From the human T2T-CHM13v2.0 reference genome, Homo sapiens: a stretch of 64,000 bases of DNA. Shown here piece by piece: positions 26,030 through 44,250 of this stretch (position 1 is the first letter of the stretch; each line of letters opens with the position of its first letter). A program made the translations under genes and the position numbers. The DNA lies in NCBI RefSeq assembly GCF_009914755.1, contig NC_060931.1; one strand, given 5' to 3'. The notes below the pieces were generated by a model that ran no database searches, had not been told where the DNA came from, and saw only the letters and a program-made list of their open reading frames with translations.

Positions 26030-26660
26030 TGGCTATTTCACTGAGCATGCTTTGAATCTGCTGCTTGATGTGCTTTTCATAAATAGGCTCTTGATTTCTC
26101 AAAATGTAGCCATTGTGTCAACATTTTCTGAAAAACCAGCCATTGAATCCTTGATGTTTCACCTTGGTGGGGTTGTATATGTTTACAGCACAGACAAGTA
26201 CAAGTTAAAGTATTTTAGAAAAAGAATTGAAATTCTCTTGCCATTCTTTTTCACCACTTGGCTTTCCTTGCATGATATTCTGATAAGAGGGAAGCCAGCT
26301 AGCCATCCTTCAAAGGATGAAGTGGGGGATGTATGTATGAAGGGGTGTGTCTGGGGGGCGGCGCTTCTCCCCTTCTGTGCTAACCACTGCAAAGAGGATG
26401 TTAGAATGATGCATCAACATTTTCTTTACCCAACTATCATATAAAATCACATTTGTGAAAAAGTAGCTTAGTGAATAGTAATCCACACGTGATGAAGAGG
26501 ATGACATGTGAAAAGCACTGAGTTCGAAAACAGTTAGGAAATAGGAAAAACAGACAGAAAATAGGAAAAGATACCCACATCCTAGGTTATTAGGCTTCTC
26601 CCTGCAGCCATACGTGAACTCATGTGGGGAAATGTAGTGGTCTCTTTTAATGAACAAGGA
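26030..26660 (-). mobile_element. Candidate ancient CR1-type RT fossil J
   Basis: ORF track: ISPHEFTYG..PNNL, RVDYY, FEGWLAG..SQVVKKNG (~IENWL.G.QRVVING), AADSK (~ADDTK). Confidence 0.45.
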
Positions 26661-26729
26661 TGGTCATCAATTCTCTCTTGAAGGTCCAATGTTGGAACAA
26701 GAAGTAATAGAATTGCAACAACTTAGAGA

Positions 26730-27140
26730 CTTATCGAGCAATTCATTCCTCAAATATTTCCTACAATGTTATGGGCATTATTTGAGGCACTGGGATAAAA
26801 TAAGTCTCTTTCTTCACAAAATTACATTCAAAAGGGGACATGAAAGTAGAAACAGATATTCCTAACTATGTGTCAGGTAGCAATGAATGTTATTGAGAAA
26901 AGTCGTAACAAAGGCTAAGTAGGTTGATAGTACTGGGGCTGCTATTTGATAGTGGTGCATGAGAGTCTCTCTAAAGAAAAGACACTTGAGTAGAGACTGA
27001 AAGAAGGGGGGAAGTAAACCACGTGAATATCTGAAGAGAGAACATTCCAGGACAAGTGGAGAAGCACAAGGACAAGTGGAGAAGTGCAAGAACGAATGTC
27101 CAGAGGAGTATGCTTGAAGAACTCCAGAAGTAGTAGGGTG
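26730..27140 (-). mobile_element. L2
   Basis: CATTCCTCAAATATTT..GGCATTATTTGAGGCACTGGGATA, L2 body; contains a 20-bp tandem duplication at 27049-27088. Confidence 0.75.
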
Positions 27141-27348
27141 GGCATAAGACTTTCCAAGTGATGCTAAACAGAGCTGTCTCCAGCATAATTCAGTGCATGC
27201 TGGGGTGGCATTATCTTCCTACTTTTAAACCCACGCAATGTAAGTGGCCCAGTCTTTGGTGGAAAGCATGCTCATACAAATGTATTTTAGACCAACAAGA
27301 TCCAGTGTCTGTAATCAAATCACATATGCTGGAGGAATATGATGAAGC

Positions 27349-27406
27349 CTTGTAATCTTTTAATATTGAACATACAACTTGTAATCTTTTAATATTGAAT
27401 ATACAC
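27349..27406. repeat. 29-bp tandem duplication
   Basis: CTTGTAATCTTTTAATATTGAA(C/T)ATACA x2. Confidence 0.95.
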
Positions 27407-27744
27407 CTTTTGCTGATGATTTTCTACATGAGTTTGTGTTTATCATCTATTTCAATTGGTTTTTATTCATTTAATAGATAAAATGTGTTTGTTCTAGAAT
27501 ATCTTCATATATTTTTGAAGAAAGAAGAGGCTGACCAATTAAGAGGAGTGAAATTTGGAGGAAATTACTAACCTGATAATTAGAACACTGATAAAAGAAA
27601 AATGGGAGTCTCTAAGAACAAATGAGTAAACAATGTAAGTGAAAATGATTTTAAGCAGTGAGTATATTCTGGGGAAGATTAGCTTGACAAATTCATCTAA
27701 TTCAAATCATAAGAAAAATACAAAAAGAGACCTTACTACGTAAT

Positions 27745-28316
<572 letters not shown>

Positions 28317-28520
28317 TTAAAGAAGACTTAAAGATTAAATTCTTTTCAATAAAATTCTATAATGAAAATGAAAGTCCTCATTTTTTCATTTTTTAACATT
28401 ATTTTTATAGACAAATATTTTTATATGGAATATTATTGTACTAGTTAATTGTAATATAGTGTTTCCATGTTTCACGATGTGCTATTTGCCTGTTTAAACA
28501 CTTTTGTGATTAAAAGCACA

Positions 28521-33541
<5,021 letters not shown>

Positions 33542-34039
33542 GGTGATTGACTGATTGATCAAGGCAAATAAAATTTCTGAAGCAATGCCTTATTATCTCT
33601 ACAATATTTAGGATTAAAAGAGTGTAGCTTTATGTAGAGGAGAGAAATGGATTGGAGCAAATCCCTTACATGTAGCAATCATTGTTCTTACAGCTCTTAG
33701 ATAAGGGAGAAAGGAGGTTTGTAGCTAGAAGTACATCACCACTATGCAAGGACTTTGCCATTTACTAAGCAGTAGACACGCTCAGAACATTCAGTGATTT
33801 CTCTACTCTAAAGTCTTCCAAGCACCCAATAGTCTTTCTACAAAAGATAAGAGAGTCTGGGGACATAGTTCATATTCAAAGAGCTGGGATAATTTGGAGA
33901 AATCCTAAGGATAATTTTTTAAGGTTATGTTTGGCTTGATTTACATTCTTTTGACTGTGAGAACCTCTACTGATATAAACAGGGAGGGCTGAGGTAGAGT
34001 AGGAAAACTCTTGCTATAGTTTTATGACTGAATTTCTTA

Positions 34040-34184
34040 GGACTGAAATGGGGAGGAGTTTAACTTTATCAGCCACTTTTAATGAATCAGAAGACAGCCA
34101 CTATTTCAAAAAACAAATTTTGCCTTTGATCGACTTCACACTTCAATAAAGGAAAGTGATTGTTTCTTTACTTTTAAAGAAGAC
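34040..34184. repeat. Left arm of a 145-bp inverted repeat (partner 35283-35426)
   Basis: Reverse complement of partner with 11 substitutions and 1 indel; inner 51 bp identical. Confidence 0.97.
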
Positions 34185-34289
34185 ATATGGGGAGGAGAGA
34201 ATTAGACTTTTTTTGCAATGACTTAACTGAACACCCACCACCTTCAGACAGCATTATGACATTTCTGCTCAATGCTATAGTTACTTCTA

Positions 34290-34450
34290 TAACACAGCAA
34301 TTCTTACATTTTAGGAAACTTCTTGAATGCAGGCTGTGTGGGATTTATCTTTGTGTCTCCCAAACAACCTGGCACTGTGTCTTCTTCCTTACTGGAGAAA
34401 TTCAATAAATAATTGTTGAATGGATGACTGAATGAATAAGCCAATGAATG
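34290..34450 (+). mobile_element. L2 3' end
   Basis: AACCTGGCAC..TCAATAAATAATTGTTGAATGGATGACTGAATGAAT. Confidence 0.75.
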
Positions 34451-34639
34451 GAATTAACACTACATTGTTATTCTCATCTATTCCATCAATGTATATGCCA
34501 TAACATTCATTTTTTCTCTAAGATGATTTCCTTCTTGGGAGGTGCAAGAATCTAAGAAGTGGCTAAGAAACAGGTACAGTGCTTGAAGATATGAGCGTTT
34601 CTGTTGTCGTTGTTATTGTAGTTGTTTTGGCTTAACAAA

Positions 34640-35620
34640 TACACTGCACCTTAATGAGATGAGTGCCAGGATATTTACCTCTAATGTTTTGGAAAGCAAA
34701 TGTACCTGACACTGCACTCACCATTTATGTAAATGTATGCATGCAAATTTAGAAAAGTATAACTTCATTAAATTAAATCTATTTTATCACAATCAAATGA
34801 TTGAGGTAATAAAGGGGCAAAGAAAGATAATCCTGAATTTTAATGGCTGAAACCTTTGAGTAGAGCATTATCTTGCTGCTGCTGTTATAAGGACCAGTAA
34901 TTGCCATAGTCTAGACACAGGAACAGATGCAAAGTAGAGCTTTATTATATCAGACATTTGCCCTACTACGATACAGTCTAATTACCCAGAAAATACATTT
35001 CTACATGAATTATTCTTAATTTGATTCCAAATAGGCCAACTGTTGTATTTTACGGAACTTTATCAAATGACAAGATGGAGCACTAAATTTAAGAATAGTT
35101 TCTCTTTAATGCCAGTGCCGTTGAAAAAGCCAGTGAAATCCTCAAAGATTGAAAATAGATACACTTTTCAAATAAGTTCAATATTTGCTTGGCAATGTCA
35201 TTAGAATTATGGTCATGATTATTACCTGCCTGCCTTTCTAAGTTGGCAAATTTACCACCTCAAGTCTGCTCTGTCTGCGTGGGTCTTCTTTAAAAGTAAA
35301 GAAACAATCACTTTCCTTTATTGAAGTGTGAAGCTTATTGAAGACAAAGTTTGTTTTTTGAAATAGTGGCTGTCTTTTGATTCATTAAAAGTGGTTGATA
35401 AGTTAAACCCCTTCCCATTTCAGTCCCAAAGATTTTTTTAAACTTTCGTAAGCATTAAATGTGAGTGGTTTTCTGAAGGAAATGTGACCTGTATAACCAG
35501 TTCTCTTTCCCTGATTTTTTAAGGTCCATTAGAAGTGAGTAATTCTGTGCATCTGTAACTTTATGCCAGTATTTTTAAGAATTTCAATTCATTTTTTCCC
35601 CTGCCGGCAGTGAATTTTAA
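34640..35620 (+). mobile_element. Candidate ancient CR1-type RT fossil L
   Basis: NVPD, HAN, KGAKKDNPEF 34811, LSKL 35234, LK*WLSFDSLKVV 35358-35396 (~IKNWLSGRTQRVV), SG..EGNV 35464, PVLF 35497. Confidence 0.65.
35283..35426. repeat. Right arm of the inverted repeat
   Basis: See 34040-34184. Confidence 0.97.
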
Positions 35621-35899
35621 AAGTCTTAAACATGCCCAAACATCTCAGGGGGGTTAAAGAAAATTATAATAGTAACTAGTTTCTCCCCCCTCCCTAAAAA
35701 AAAATAGAGCACACTACTGAAATTATTTAAATTGACTGAGGCTTTTAAGCAAGTAAACACATTTTAACTAGGTTTTTTCGCAATCCCTCCATTCATGCCA
35801 ACTATAGAAATTAGCCTTCACTCTTCCTTCACTTACACATGGATACACACACTTGCATGGACACAAGAAAAATTTCTTTTCTCCTGTCAGCATTCCTCC

Positions 35900-36720
35900 C
35901 CAACAATGGTTAGATTAGTGGCATGAAGGCAGCCGCAGAGAAAGGACATTCAGGCCAGAAGGCTCCCCACAGGCACAGCTGGTAGGGGTTAATGGCGGCT
36001 GAACCTCCCAGCCAGGGCCTTTTCTCTATTGTGTGTTCCACTCCTGGGAAGGAGGGACACTTGTGACAGCCTCTGGGGTGCAGCGGATCAGAGGTAGAGC
36101 AACTGGGTCACAGAGGACTGTTCCAGGGGAAGGCGAGTTTAGGAAAAACGCACTCTGAAATCCAAATGGTGGTGTTTCTAACTGTGCACAACTGCTGTGG
36201 GAAAATGCAAAGCGTTTAGCAATATGGCTTATAAGTTTCTAATTCACATCTTCATATAGGAGCCTTACAGGAACAATTGGGCAGGGACTTTGAATCATTC
36301 CTATTGGAAAGTGATTGAAATCTGAGTGAAAACTACACGTTTGGCTAATGTATGTTATTAAAGTTTGTGTGCTAATGTCTAGGCGGTCTATTTTCCACAT
36401 GGCATAAAGACTAGAGTGCAGACACAATGGTCAGAGGGGGAGAAGCTGGGGGCATCTTGATAAATAGGAGGTTGAAATTTAAGTAGAAATTGATTATTAT
36501 GCATACATGTCCAGATAAAGTAGGTGTGCTTTAACACGCACCATCGAATGAAGAGAGGCATGGAAGTGGACCCGGATTTCTGAATTACCTTTCGATGTAA
36601 AAACAAGACAAAGCAACAACAACAGTAACGCTGAAACTGTTCTAGATATCTGATCTGTTAAATAGATTTTTATACTTAACTGGATAAATAGGGTTTCGTG
36701 GGCAGAACATGTCTTTTACA
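35900..36720 (+). mobile_element. Candidate ancient CR1-type RT fossil M
   Basis: QLVGVNG 35976 (~QRVGING), SW, VTASGV 36063, LG..LF, WLM, ILNWINR 36672 (~ILGCINR). Confidence 0.55.
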
Positions 36721-37129
36721 GAGAGTCCAGGTTTCTTGAAGAAAGATAGCTTTGTAACTTCGAGGGGTACTTATCTGTTAGTATCACAGAGGTGGGTTTT
36801 GTTATGAGACATGATTCTTTGGCTCAGAGCGGGTGAACTGAGGGTCCTCCATAAATATTTGTTAAATAAATAAAGACCCCACAGCCACAAAAATTGGTTC
36901 TGCTTTTCATTTTTAGCTTAAAAGGTCTACTTGTTTAGAAATGAGAATAAGGCCCAAGGAGGATGCTTTTTATACCGGTGAAGTGAATTTGTTTCTTTTC
37001 AAAATAGCTACACATCTCTACCAAAGGGTGCTAAAACAATTCACTTCCAAATTAACATTGGCCTAATTTATTTTCAATAAACCCAACCTTAAGAGCTGTC
37101 TAATTGGAGACCCGGTTTTGGCCACATCG

Positions 37130-37700
37130 AGGCACTGAATACTAGAGGCATCTTTATTCTAAAGCTTTTGGCTTCGTTTATCTAATTTGAAATTTTAATG
37201 TCAGTTGACTAAAATTTGCCCTCTGCTTGAGTTTGTTTTGACTTACTACTCTGGGAAAAGGAAGTAGGGGGAGTGAGAACAAATTAGGGCCCTTGGATTT
37301 TACCTGCAGCATAAACATTTAATACTTCCTCCCTTAAGTCACAATGGTTTTTTTGGGCAAACAACACAGCCCAATGAGCTCATTAAAGTTGTTCTCTTTA
37401 GGTTGTAGCAAGGGAGGGAAAGCAAATGAGTCAAAGCCCGGGGTGTTACAACAGCACTTTGAGGCCAATTGAAGAGGGCTGGGCTTTGCTGCACCTTGAT
37501 GTGTCTTCTTGGAAGGGACTGATATTCTGAGTACACAGACCCTTCTAGGGACTCCTGGCCATGAGCAATCAAGGATGACCATCTTATTATCAAGTACCAT
37601 GATGAATGCCTGGAACCTGCGAGGGGATTTATACTCACGACCTCATTTGGCATAGTTGGAGTTCGATTGGCAGACTAGAGTGACATAACTATTGTAATAT
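37130..37700 (-). mobile_element. Candidate ancient CR1-type RT fossil N
   Basis: KMVILDCSW, GVP/EGSV, PALFN, VLFA, KIQG, KLKQRANFSQL..KF (~RLEKWAE.N.MKF). Confidence 0.55.
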
Positions 37701-38044
37701 GCCAAAATAGGCTTCTGTGGGCTGTGCTAGTACAGGTCAGTGCTAGTTACAAAATTCACAGGTGTAGAACACCAAGCATTATTTTATTCACAAATATTCA
37801 TTTTATTCTTGCCATTTCATTATCAGCTCTGAAGATTATTCTGACGTGATTTTTTAAATATATAGAAGTGAAAACACAGAAGCTTTCCTAGTTCCACAGT
37901 AAGTCAGAGCGAAGACCAGAGGGCATTCCTGAACACACCCATGCTCCACTAGAAAAAAACTCCTCTAGAAAACACTTCATTTTCTTTTCTTTCGTCTTTC
38001 TTTATTTGGGGGTAAGAGGTGTGGCAGACAAAAATGATCAGAGG

Positions 38045-38349
<305 letters not shown>

Positions 38350-38479
38350 TGATCAGAGGACGGGACGTTTTTATTGTCACTCTAATGACTACCACATGAG
38401 GAACCTGAAGGGTTAAATTCCATTTTTTCTCTAAAAGTTCTGTATTTGTGTGCATGTGTCTATACTGTTAGATTTCTTT

Positions 38480-39060
38480 TTCATTTGCAAGAGGAAAAAC
38501 AAGTCACACCTGGTTAGAGACTTTTCATTCCTGCCAAGTTTCAGCTCACATTGCATTTTTATGGCTGTGTTATTATAAATTCCCCCAAATAAAGCTAATA
38601 TAACCTCCTCCTCGTGGAGCTCGCAGGTGCTGGCGTAATAAGATACATTTGCATTCCTCGCTTGTTTGAATAAAAGAGAAGGTGAGATAGGGGAGTTTGT
38701 TGACCTCATAGCCCTGGTATGTGTATTAGGTGTACAAAGATACAAAGAAATATTAAATTAAGAACTCAGAAAGAATTGACGCAAATGACAGCCTCACACA
38801 TTATGGAGCTTTTACATTTAATAAACTCCTGATCTCCCTGGGAGCAATTGATTTGAAGCAATTGATTCAAATAGTTTGTTTTCACAATTTTAAAAATGTA
38901 GGTAATTCCATTTTCAAAAACAAATTTAACAGAAGATGCTGTTTACACAATCACTGTGCTGTTCTTAAACCGCTCACTCCAAGATCGTGTGATACAACTA
39001 CACAGGACATGCTGGGGAAAGGGTTAAGCTTTTCTGACTTTCAGATACAATGAAATTATG
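38480..39060 (-). mobile_element. Candidate ancient CR1-type RT fossil O
   Basis: LYLKVRKA 39050-39027 (~IYLDFSKA), VVSHDL 38998-38981, TNYLNQ, SPSLLF, ELHEEEVILALFGG, KLG. Confidence 0.5.
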
Positions 39061-39129
39061 ACAGGAAGAAAATTGTGCCATTTTAGCATGAAAATGCTTG
39101 TACAAATACTGTCGTTCCTTCCTTCTTAC

Positions 39130-39985
39130 TTTCTTTATAATGCCTCAGCGATAGCTAAGATGACAGACATTTGACAGGTATCTGTAAGCACACGGCCCAG
39201 GCAGCTCATTAAAGTTTTTCTTTCTATGCATCAGCTTTCACAAAGGCAAAAACCCATTAGCATTGACTATTTTGCAGATTAGAAGAATTAAGGGCTTCAA
39301 ACGTTGGCTTATACCAAGCAATGTCATTTGTGAAGTGATGTTTGCTTTATTATTTCCCTTTCTCTCCCTCTGAAACCAGACTGACATGACTTTAGCTCAA
39401 CGTAGGGCGTAATGTGCAAACCAAAGGACTGGCTCATCGATGAAAAGAAACACATTCCCTTTTAGACATGACTGGAATGGCAAAAAGGGGAGACTTTACA
39501 TGTACTATTTAGGCTCATTAGAGGACTGATTATGATAGTTCTCTGGTGTAATCTTTAATCGACTTTGACACTAGATTTGCCCCGTTACAAATCCTGTCAT
39601 GCAAATTAAGTCATTTGTGTTGTTTGATATGGAAAGATCTGCTATGAAATGAAAGATTAGCTCGCAGATGAGGCACAAGAGACGGCTGCCCTTGTGCTCT
39701 GTGCAACTGATTACAGGGATGACAGCGTCCATTTCCACACTGCTGTTAACATTTAGGAAAGGAGATTAAATTAACGTAGCTTTAGGTCTTCTTGCCTGAA
39801 GATATTCAAAATAGGTGTTCATGTTTTCAGAGATATTATTCTTGGACCATACCGAACAGGTGCTTCGAAGGCAGGGCTCTCATGTCCAGTTGTTTTAACC
39901 TGTTTTCCATCGAGTGGGCTTCTATTATGTCGATTCATGGGTGAAATTCTTTTTCTATACAGGTGATTGGTGTTCACTGACTAAT
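39130..39985 (+). mobile_element. Candidate ancient CR1-type RT fossil P
   Basis: FHKGK, NVICEVM, HDF, GVIF-IDF 39545, CKL, MKD*LAD..Q 39650, LQG, LL-NIF, LPEDI-KIG (~FADDTKLG), EWAS. Confidence 0.55.
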
Positions 39986-40459
39986 GGGCATCTTGACAAA
40001 CCAGGTGGGAGCTCCAGTTGTCCCAGCAAACTATAATTTCATTTGAGCCCTCTACCCCATTTCACCTTCTATTTTAAATATTAGATGGCCATACTCTCAG
40101 GTTTTTGGCGTAATTGATGGTTTTAAAAATATGTAGCCATTTGCAAGCCTCAAGGAGAGTTTTCTAAAAAAAAGATTCACATGAAATCTGATAAATAAAA
40201 GGATACTACAAATATTCATGCTATGTGACTTTGGAAACTGGAATCTTGTCATTTCTATAATGTGGTTTACCTTTGCTAGACATTTCTGGCCCTGAAAATG
40301 CAAGTAATTATTAGCAGAAGATAAGCAGAAAAGACTAGATTTAATTAAAACTGCTTTATCCACAAGTACATCTATCTTAGAATAGTTTGGGGTATTTTCC
40401 TCTTTACAGAGCTCTTCCGATTTATAACAAGGAGTTCACCATTTGTTGCTTTACTGCGT

Positions 40460-40582
40460 TAAAAAAATTGTATTATTTTTATTGTTGTATTGTTACTTCT
40501 TGTTTTTTCCCCCAAATATTTTCATTCTGTAGTTGGCTGATTACAAGGATGGAGAACCTATAGATCCCGAGGGCCAACTGTA
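40460..40582. mobile_element. MER2/Tigger-type terminal fragment
   Basis: AATATTTTC..GTTGGCTGA..GGATGGAGAACC..GAGGGCCAACTGTA. Confidence 0.7.
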
Positions 40583-40709
40583 CTGTAGGTTAAATCAAAT
40601 ATTTGGGAATAGGAAAGTAGCTATATAAATGAAAAGTTTTTAAAAATCATTTCTTAAAACATTAGTAATATGTAGTATGTTGCTTCACTGGTTTTTAAAG
40701 AGAAGTCAT

Positions 40710-40744
40710 ATCGCTTCTCGGCCTTTTGGCTAAGATCAAGTGTA
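40710..40744 (+). pseudogene. 3'-truncated U2 snRNA retrocopy (U2 nt 1-35)
   Basis: Exact ATCGCTTCTCGGCCTTTTGGCTAAGATCAAGTGTA flanked by TSD aaa(ga/c)gaagtcat. Confidence 0.96.
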
Positions 40745-40779
40745 AAACGAAGTCATATGTTTACAACAGAAATTAAAAA

Positions 40780-41420
40780 TTACTAGGCATAATTTTGCTT
40801 CACTATCATAATCAGTCCTCTGATTACCCCAAATAGTGCATGTAAATTCTTCCCTTTTTGCCATTCCAGTCATGTCTCAAACAATGGTGACACAATCAAG
40901 AGGCTCACACCAAATATAACCCAGTTGTCCTTCCCTTTGGTTATTTCTTATTTATAATCTATGGCTGGCATCCATACTAAATATGATTATAGACTTGCCA
41001 TTTAATGAAAGGTCAAATGCAATCCAGCCGTCGACTGGCTGGAAAGCCTGTAGGTGCTCTGCATCTCAGCACCAGATAAATATTCTGTGTAATGCGGGGG
41101 CTGTCATAGAGGGTGCCTTTGATTGAATACTAATGTAAATAGTCATTTAAAATCCCTTTTAAATGATCATAACACAAGTTAGAGTGGCCTCCAGCAGCTT
41201 CATCCGTGTGTCTTCTTTTGGCACATTTTTAATTGGCATGCTTTGTCTTTTGAATGAGTCACACACCTCTGTTTTGATTAACTTTGATCAAATTTGGGGA
41301 TTTCATATCCCTTGTAGCTAGGTAGAGAATTAGCCATTTAGATATCAGTAAAAGGAATTTTAATGAGTGAAATAACATGTAGATTTTCCTTGGCAATCCC
41401 CAGGAGAAAATTAATCCATA
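40780..41420 (+). mobile_element. Candidate ancient RT fossil Q
   Basis: KNY, ACKF, QLSF, VD-GKPVGALHL 41041 (~VD.G.PVDAIYL), AF-D, VLIN, GNPQ 41392. Confidence 0.45.
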
Positions 41421-41937
41421 ATAGAGTTTAACTAAAGATTTGAGAAAGTTTTCACAACTTCCCATGCCGACCTCACCAAGGTATAGCAAAATGTCCATAA
41501 AACTTTCATTCCATCTGATACTCATGAAACACATAGGCATATTTTTAATAATGTGATTTTGAATAAAATTATGAAAGAATGGATGGGTTAAAAATAGATA
41601 AAGGAAGAAAAATAAAAATATGAGTCTTTCATAATAAAAGAGGCTGAAAAATCTGTAAGGTAAGAGTGGATTAAACACTGTTGCTTTATTACTATTACAC
41701 TGACATTTATGTGACTGAGAGTTCCTGCAGTTTGTGCAGTGTTTCGTAAGACATAATCCTTGCTATTAATGTGGTACTTTAAATTTAATTTTATAGCACA
41801 GCAAGCTAAATTGTTGCCATTTCTCAGCCATTACCTTTGCTTGGGGACCTAGACAAGCACATGTATTGTTCCAGACCACTGATGGACCAGTTAATGTATC
41901 AAAGGGCATACTGGTATTAGTACTTCCAGACCATTTT

Positions 41938-42116
41938 CAGGGATTCTCAAACTTAAGCCCCAATCAGAAGCACCTGGAGGGCATGTTAAACCACAGATTG
42001 CGGGGGCCCAACTGCAGACTTTCTTACTCAGCTGTGATAGGTGAAAGTTTGCACTTCTAACTAGTTGGTTGGTGTTGTGATACTGGTCCAGGAACCACAC
42101 TTTGAGGACTACCGAG
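41938..42116. mobile_element. MER5A (hAT-Charlie)
   Basis: CAGGGATTCTCAAACTT..ATCAGAAGCACCTGGAGG..ACCACACTTTGAG. Confidence 0.85.
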
Positions 42117-42769
42117 CTAGGGCATAGAGTTTCTTGAGGGGTGTGAGGCTTTCACGTGGGAGAATTCCTAAGTACTAGGAAGAGAAGGGAATTAAGTTGC
42201 CACTAACTTCCTTTAATGTTGTCTTCTCTTTTCTCTTTTAATGTAGACAATATCCAACTTTAGTTTTCAGAATATATTTTTAAATGTTAAATAGAAATGC
42301 AAATTATTTTTCCATGAAGAAGAATATAATATCTAGGACATAATAAATCCTTAATAAGTATTTGTTAACTGTGTTTAGTTCTCAGGCTAAAGAAAATATC
42401 ACCTAATGCTTCTGATATACAGAATTGTGTGCTGCAAATGGTTGAAAAGATTTTAGTTTCAACACCTAATTCCCATCATTCTGTGGCAAAATATATCTTG
42501 AGTTCTGATGGGCGCCAGAACAACATCTGAAGATTGAATGAAACTTCTAAAGGTGAGGTGAGCAAAGAGAATAAAGTTGAGGGTGGCTTGTGGAGAAAAG
42601 CAGAAATCCCTGGACTTCAATTTCCAATTACAATCATTTCAGCAACATTTAAAAAGCTTTTATTATGTGCCAGGTCTTGAGTTAGGGATTGAAGGAATAG
42701 TGAGATGAGCTTCCCACCTTCAGGGGACTATATAATCTTATTTATTTTCTGGACCTGCTTAAACTAAGC

Positions 42770-43130
42770 AAGAACTAGCCCTGGATAAAAACTAGAGCCA
42801 CATGGGTCCTAGGCCTCTGCCATTAAGTCCTGGGATAATCTTGGGCCAATCATCAAACCTTTTTGAGCCTTGTTTACTCCTCTGCAATGACTATTTATCA
42901 CATAGTTTTTTTCATGCTTTAAACTATGACCTATCAAATGATGTTATTAATACTTAATTTTCATAGAGAGGAATGTAGACATTATCCCCATTTCACAGTT
43001 GTAATCATTTTTCTAAAACAGTGATAACAAGGCCCGTCCTGTACTTCACAGAAGACTTCTGAGGGTCAAAGAGAAGATTTATAGGTAAGGGCTTTACAAA
43101 CTATCAAATACTATGCAAATGTGAGGAATC
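42770..43130 (+). mobile_element. MIR fragments
   Basis: CTCTGCCATTAA..CTTGGGCCAATCA..GAGCCTTGTTT; later MIR tail. Confidence 0.55.
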
Positions 43131-43149
43131 ATTGTTCACTACACACAAA

Positions 43150-43430
43150 CACGCTTGCAGGAAGATTCTTCTCTATGCCTGTTACCTTCAGACATTCCTG
43201 TGAAAGAAAACTAAAAGCATTTTTCTCTATGGGGTGAAAGCTGCAGGACCCCCTCATCTTTTCCCTAGGTTACTGTGTATGGACACTTTTTAAATCAAGT
43301 GCCCCTAAGAAACGATGGCCTGAATTCTGTGCTTGGGCCTGAGCTTCTGGCCTGGTTACACAGTGGCCAAGCAGAGTGTTCCTGTTGCAGGTACCACCAT
43401 CCACTCTTGTGTAGACACACAGCTGAACAC
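43150..43430 (+). mobile_element. Candidate ancient RT fossil R
   Basis: KLKA..YGV, SVLGPEL 43326-43346 (~SVLGPVL), CVDTQL (~ADDTQL). Confidence 0.45.
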
Positions 43431-43489
43431 AGCAGCAGGTGGTGAGGGCCCTCAGCTTCCAGCAGGACCTAATGAGGCATCATTGCGAG

Positions 43490-43740
43490 GAGAAAAAACT
43501 CGAGTTTGGCATGCCTCAACTGGAATCTTGAGTTAGCCACATGCATTTGTGTGGGTTTGGAAATATGACTCTTAACTTCTTTGAACCTCAGTTTCCTCAC
43601 TGGTAAGATGAGGTAAAAATTGTATATCTAAGTTTAGTGGAGGCTAAATGGGTTATTGAACATGAAGTGCTTACTAATAATGATAAATGTACGTACCCGA
43701 CATGGAACAAGTGCTTTATAAAAGTTGACTGCTATTGTTA
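43490..43740 (+). mobile_element. MIR
   Basis: CTTAACTTCTTTGAACCTCAGTTTCCTCACTGGTAAGATG. Confidence 0.8.
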
Positions 43741-43989
43741 TGATGATGGGTACACTAGAGACTTGTGAGAACACACTCATTTAGTCTATAAATGTCCCTA
43801 AATTTTTAAGTTTAAAATTGGGAAGTGCCCAGGAGTTATTTCTGGATAGAGAGGAGCTCTGCATTTCAGTAGTAGAACTCCAGCCATGCTGCACCTGCCA
43901 TCTTGTCCCTATTGCTACTTACGGCTTAACCTTAAATTCCTCTCGTCCATCCCTTTCCTTGCCGTTATCTCTGATATAGTTCATTCCCA

Positions 43990-44250
43990 TTGTGCAGTTC
44001 ATGGCGGCGGTCTTCTGGAAGCTCAGCTTAACTGGAGCACCTCCACATGGCTTCTCCATGTGGCTTGGGCTTTTCACAGAGTGGCAGCTGGACTTTGGGA
44101 GAGCTACAAGGCTTCTTATGACCTGGCTTCTAAAGCTCCAGAACAGCACATTTATTGTGATCTGCTCAGATTCAAGGAGAGAGGAGTTATACCCCACTTC
44201 TCACTGGAAAGATTGTCAAAGAATTTGTGGCAAATATTTAATTTGCCACA
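43990..44250 (-). mobile_element. MLT1 LTR fragment
   Basis: TCTCCATGTGGCTTGGGCTT..CAGATTCAAGG..AATTTGCCACA. Confidence 0.75.

Noticed and set aside
27049-27406. Short direct repeats as a CRISPR-like array
   Set aside because: Two unrelated two-copy tandem duplications without spacers, in human DNA.
34185-35282. Inverted arms as TIRs of a DNA transposon, or an already inverted segment
   Set aside because: No TSD or transposase, and the RT relic runs collinearly through the right arm and beyond.
40710-40744. Functional U2 gene
   Set aside because: Only 35 nt, no Sm site or snRNA promoter, bounded by a TSD.
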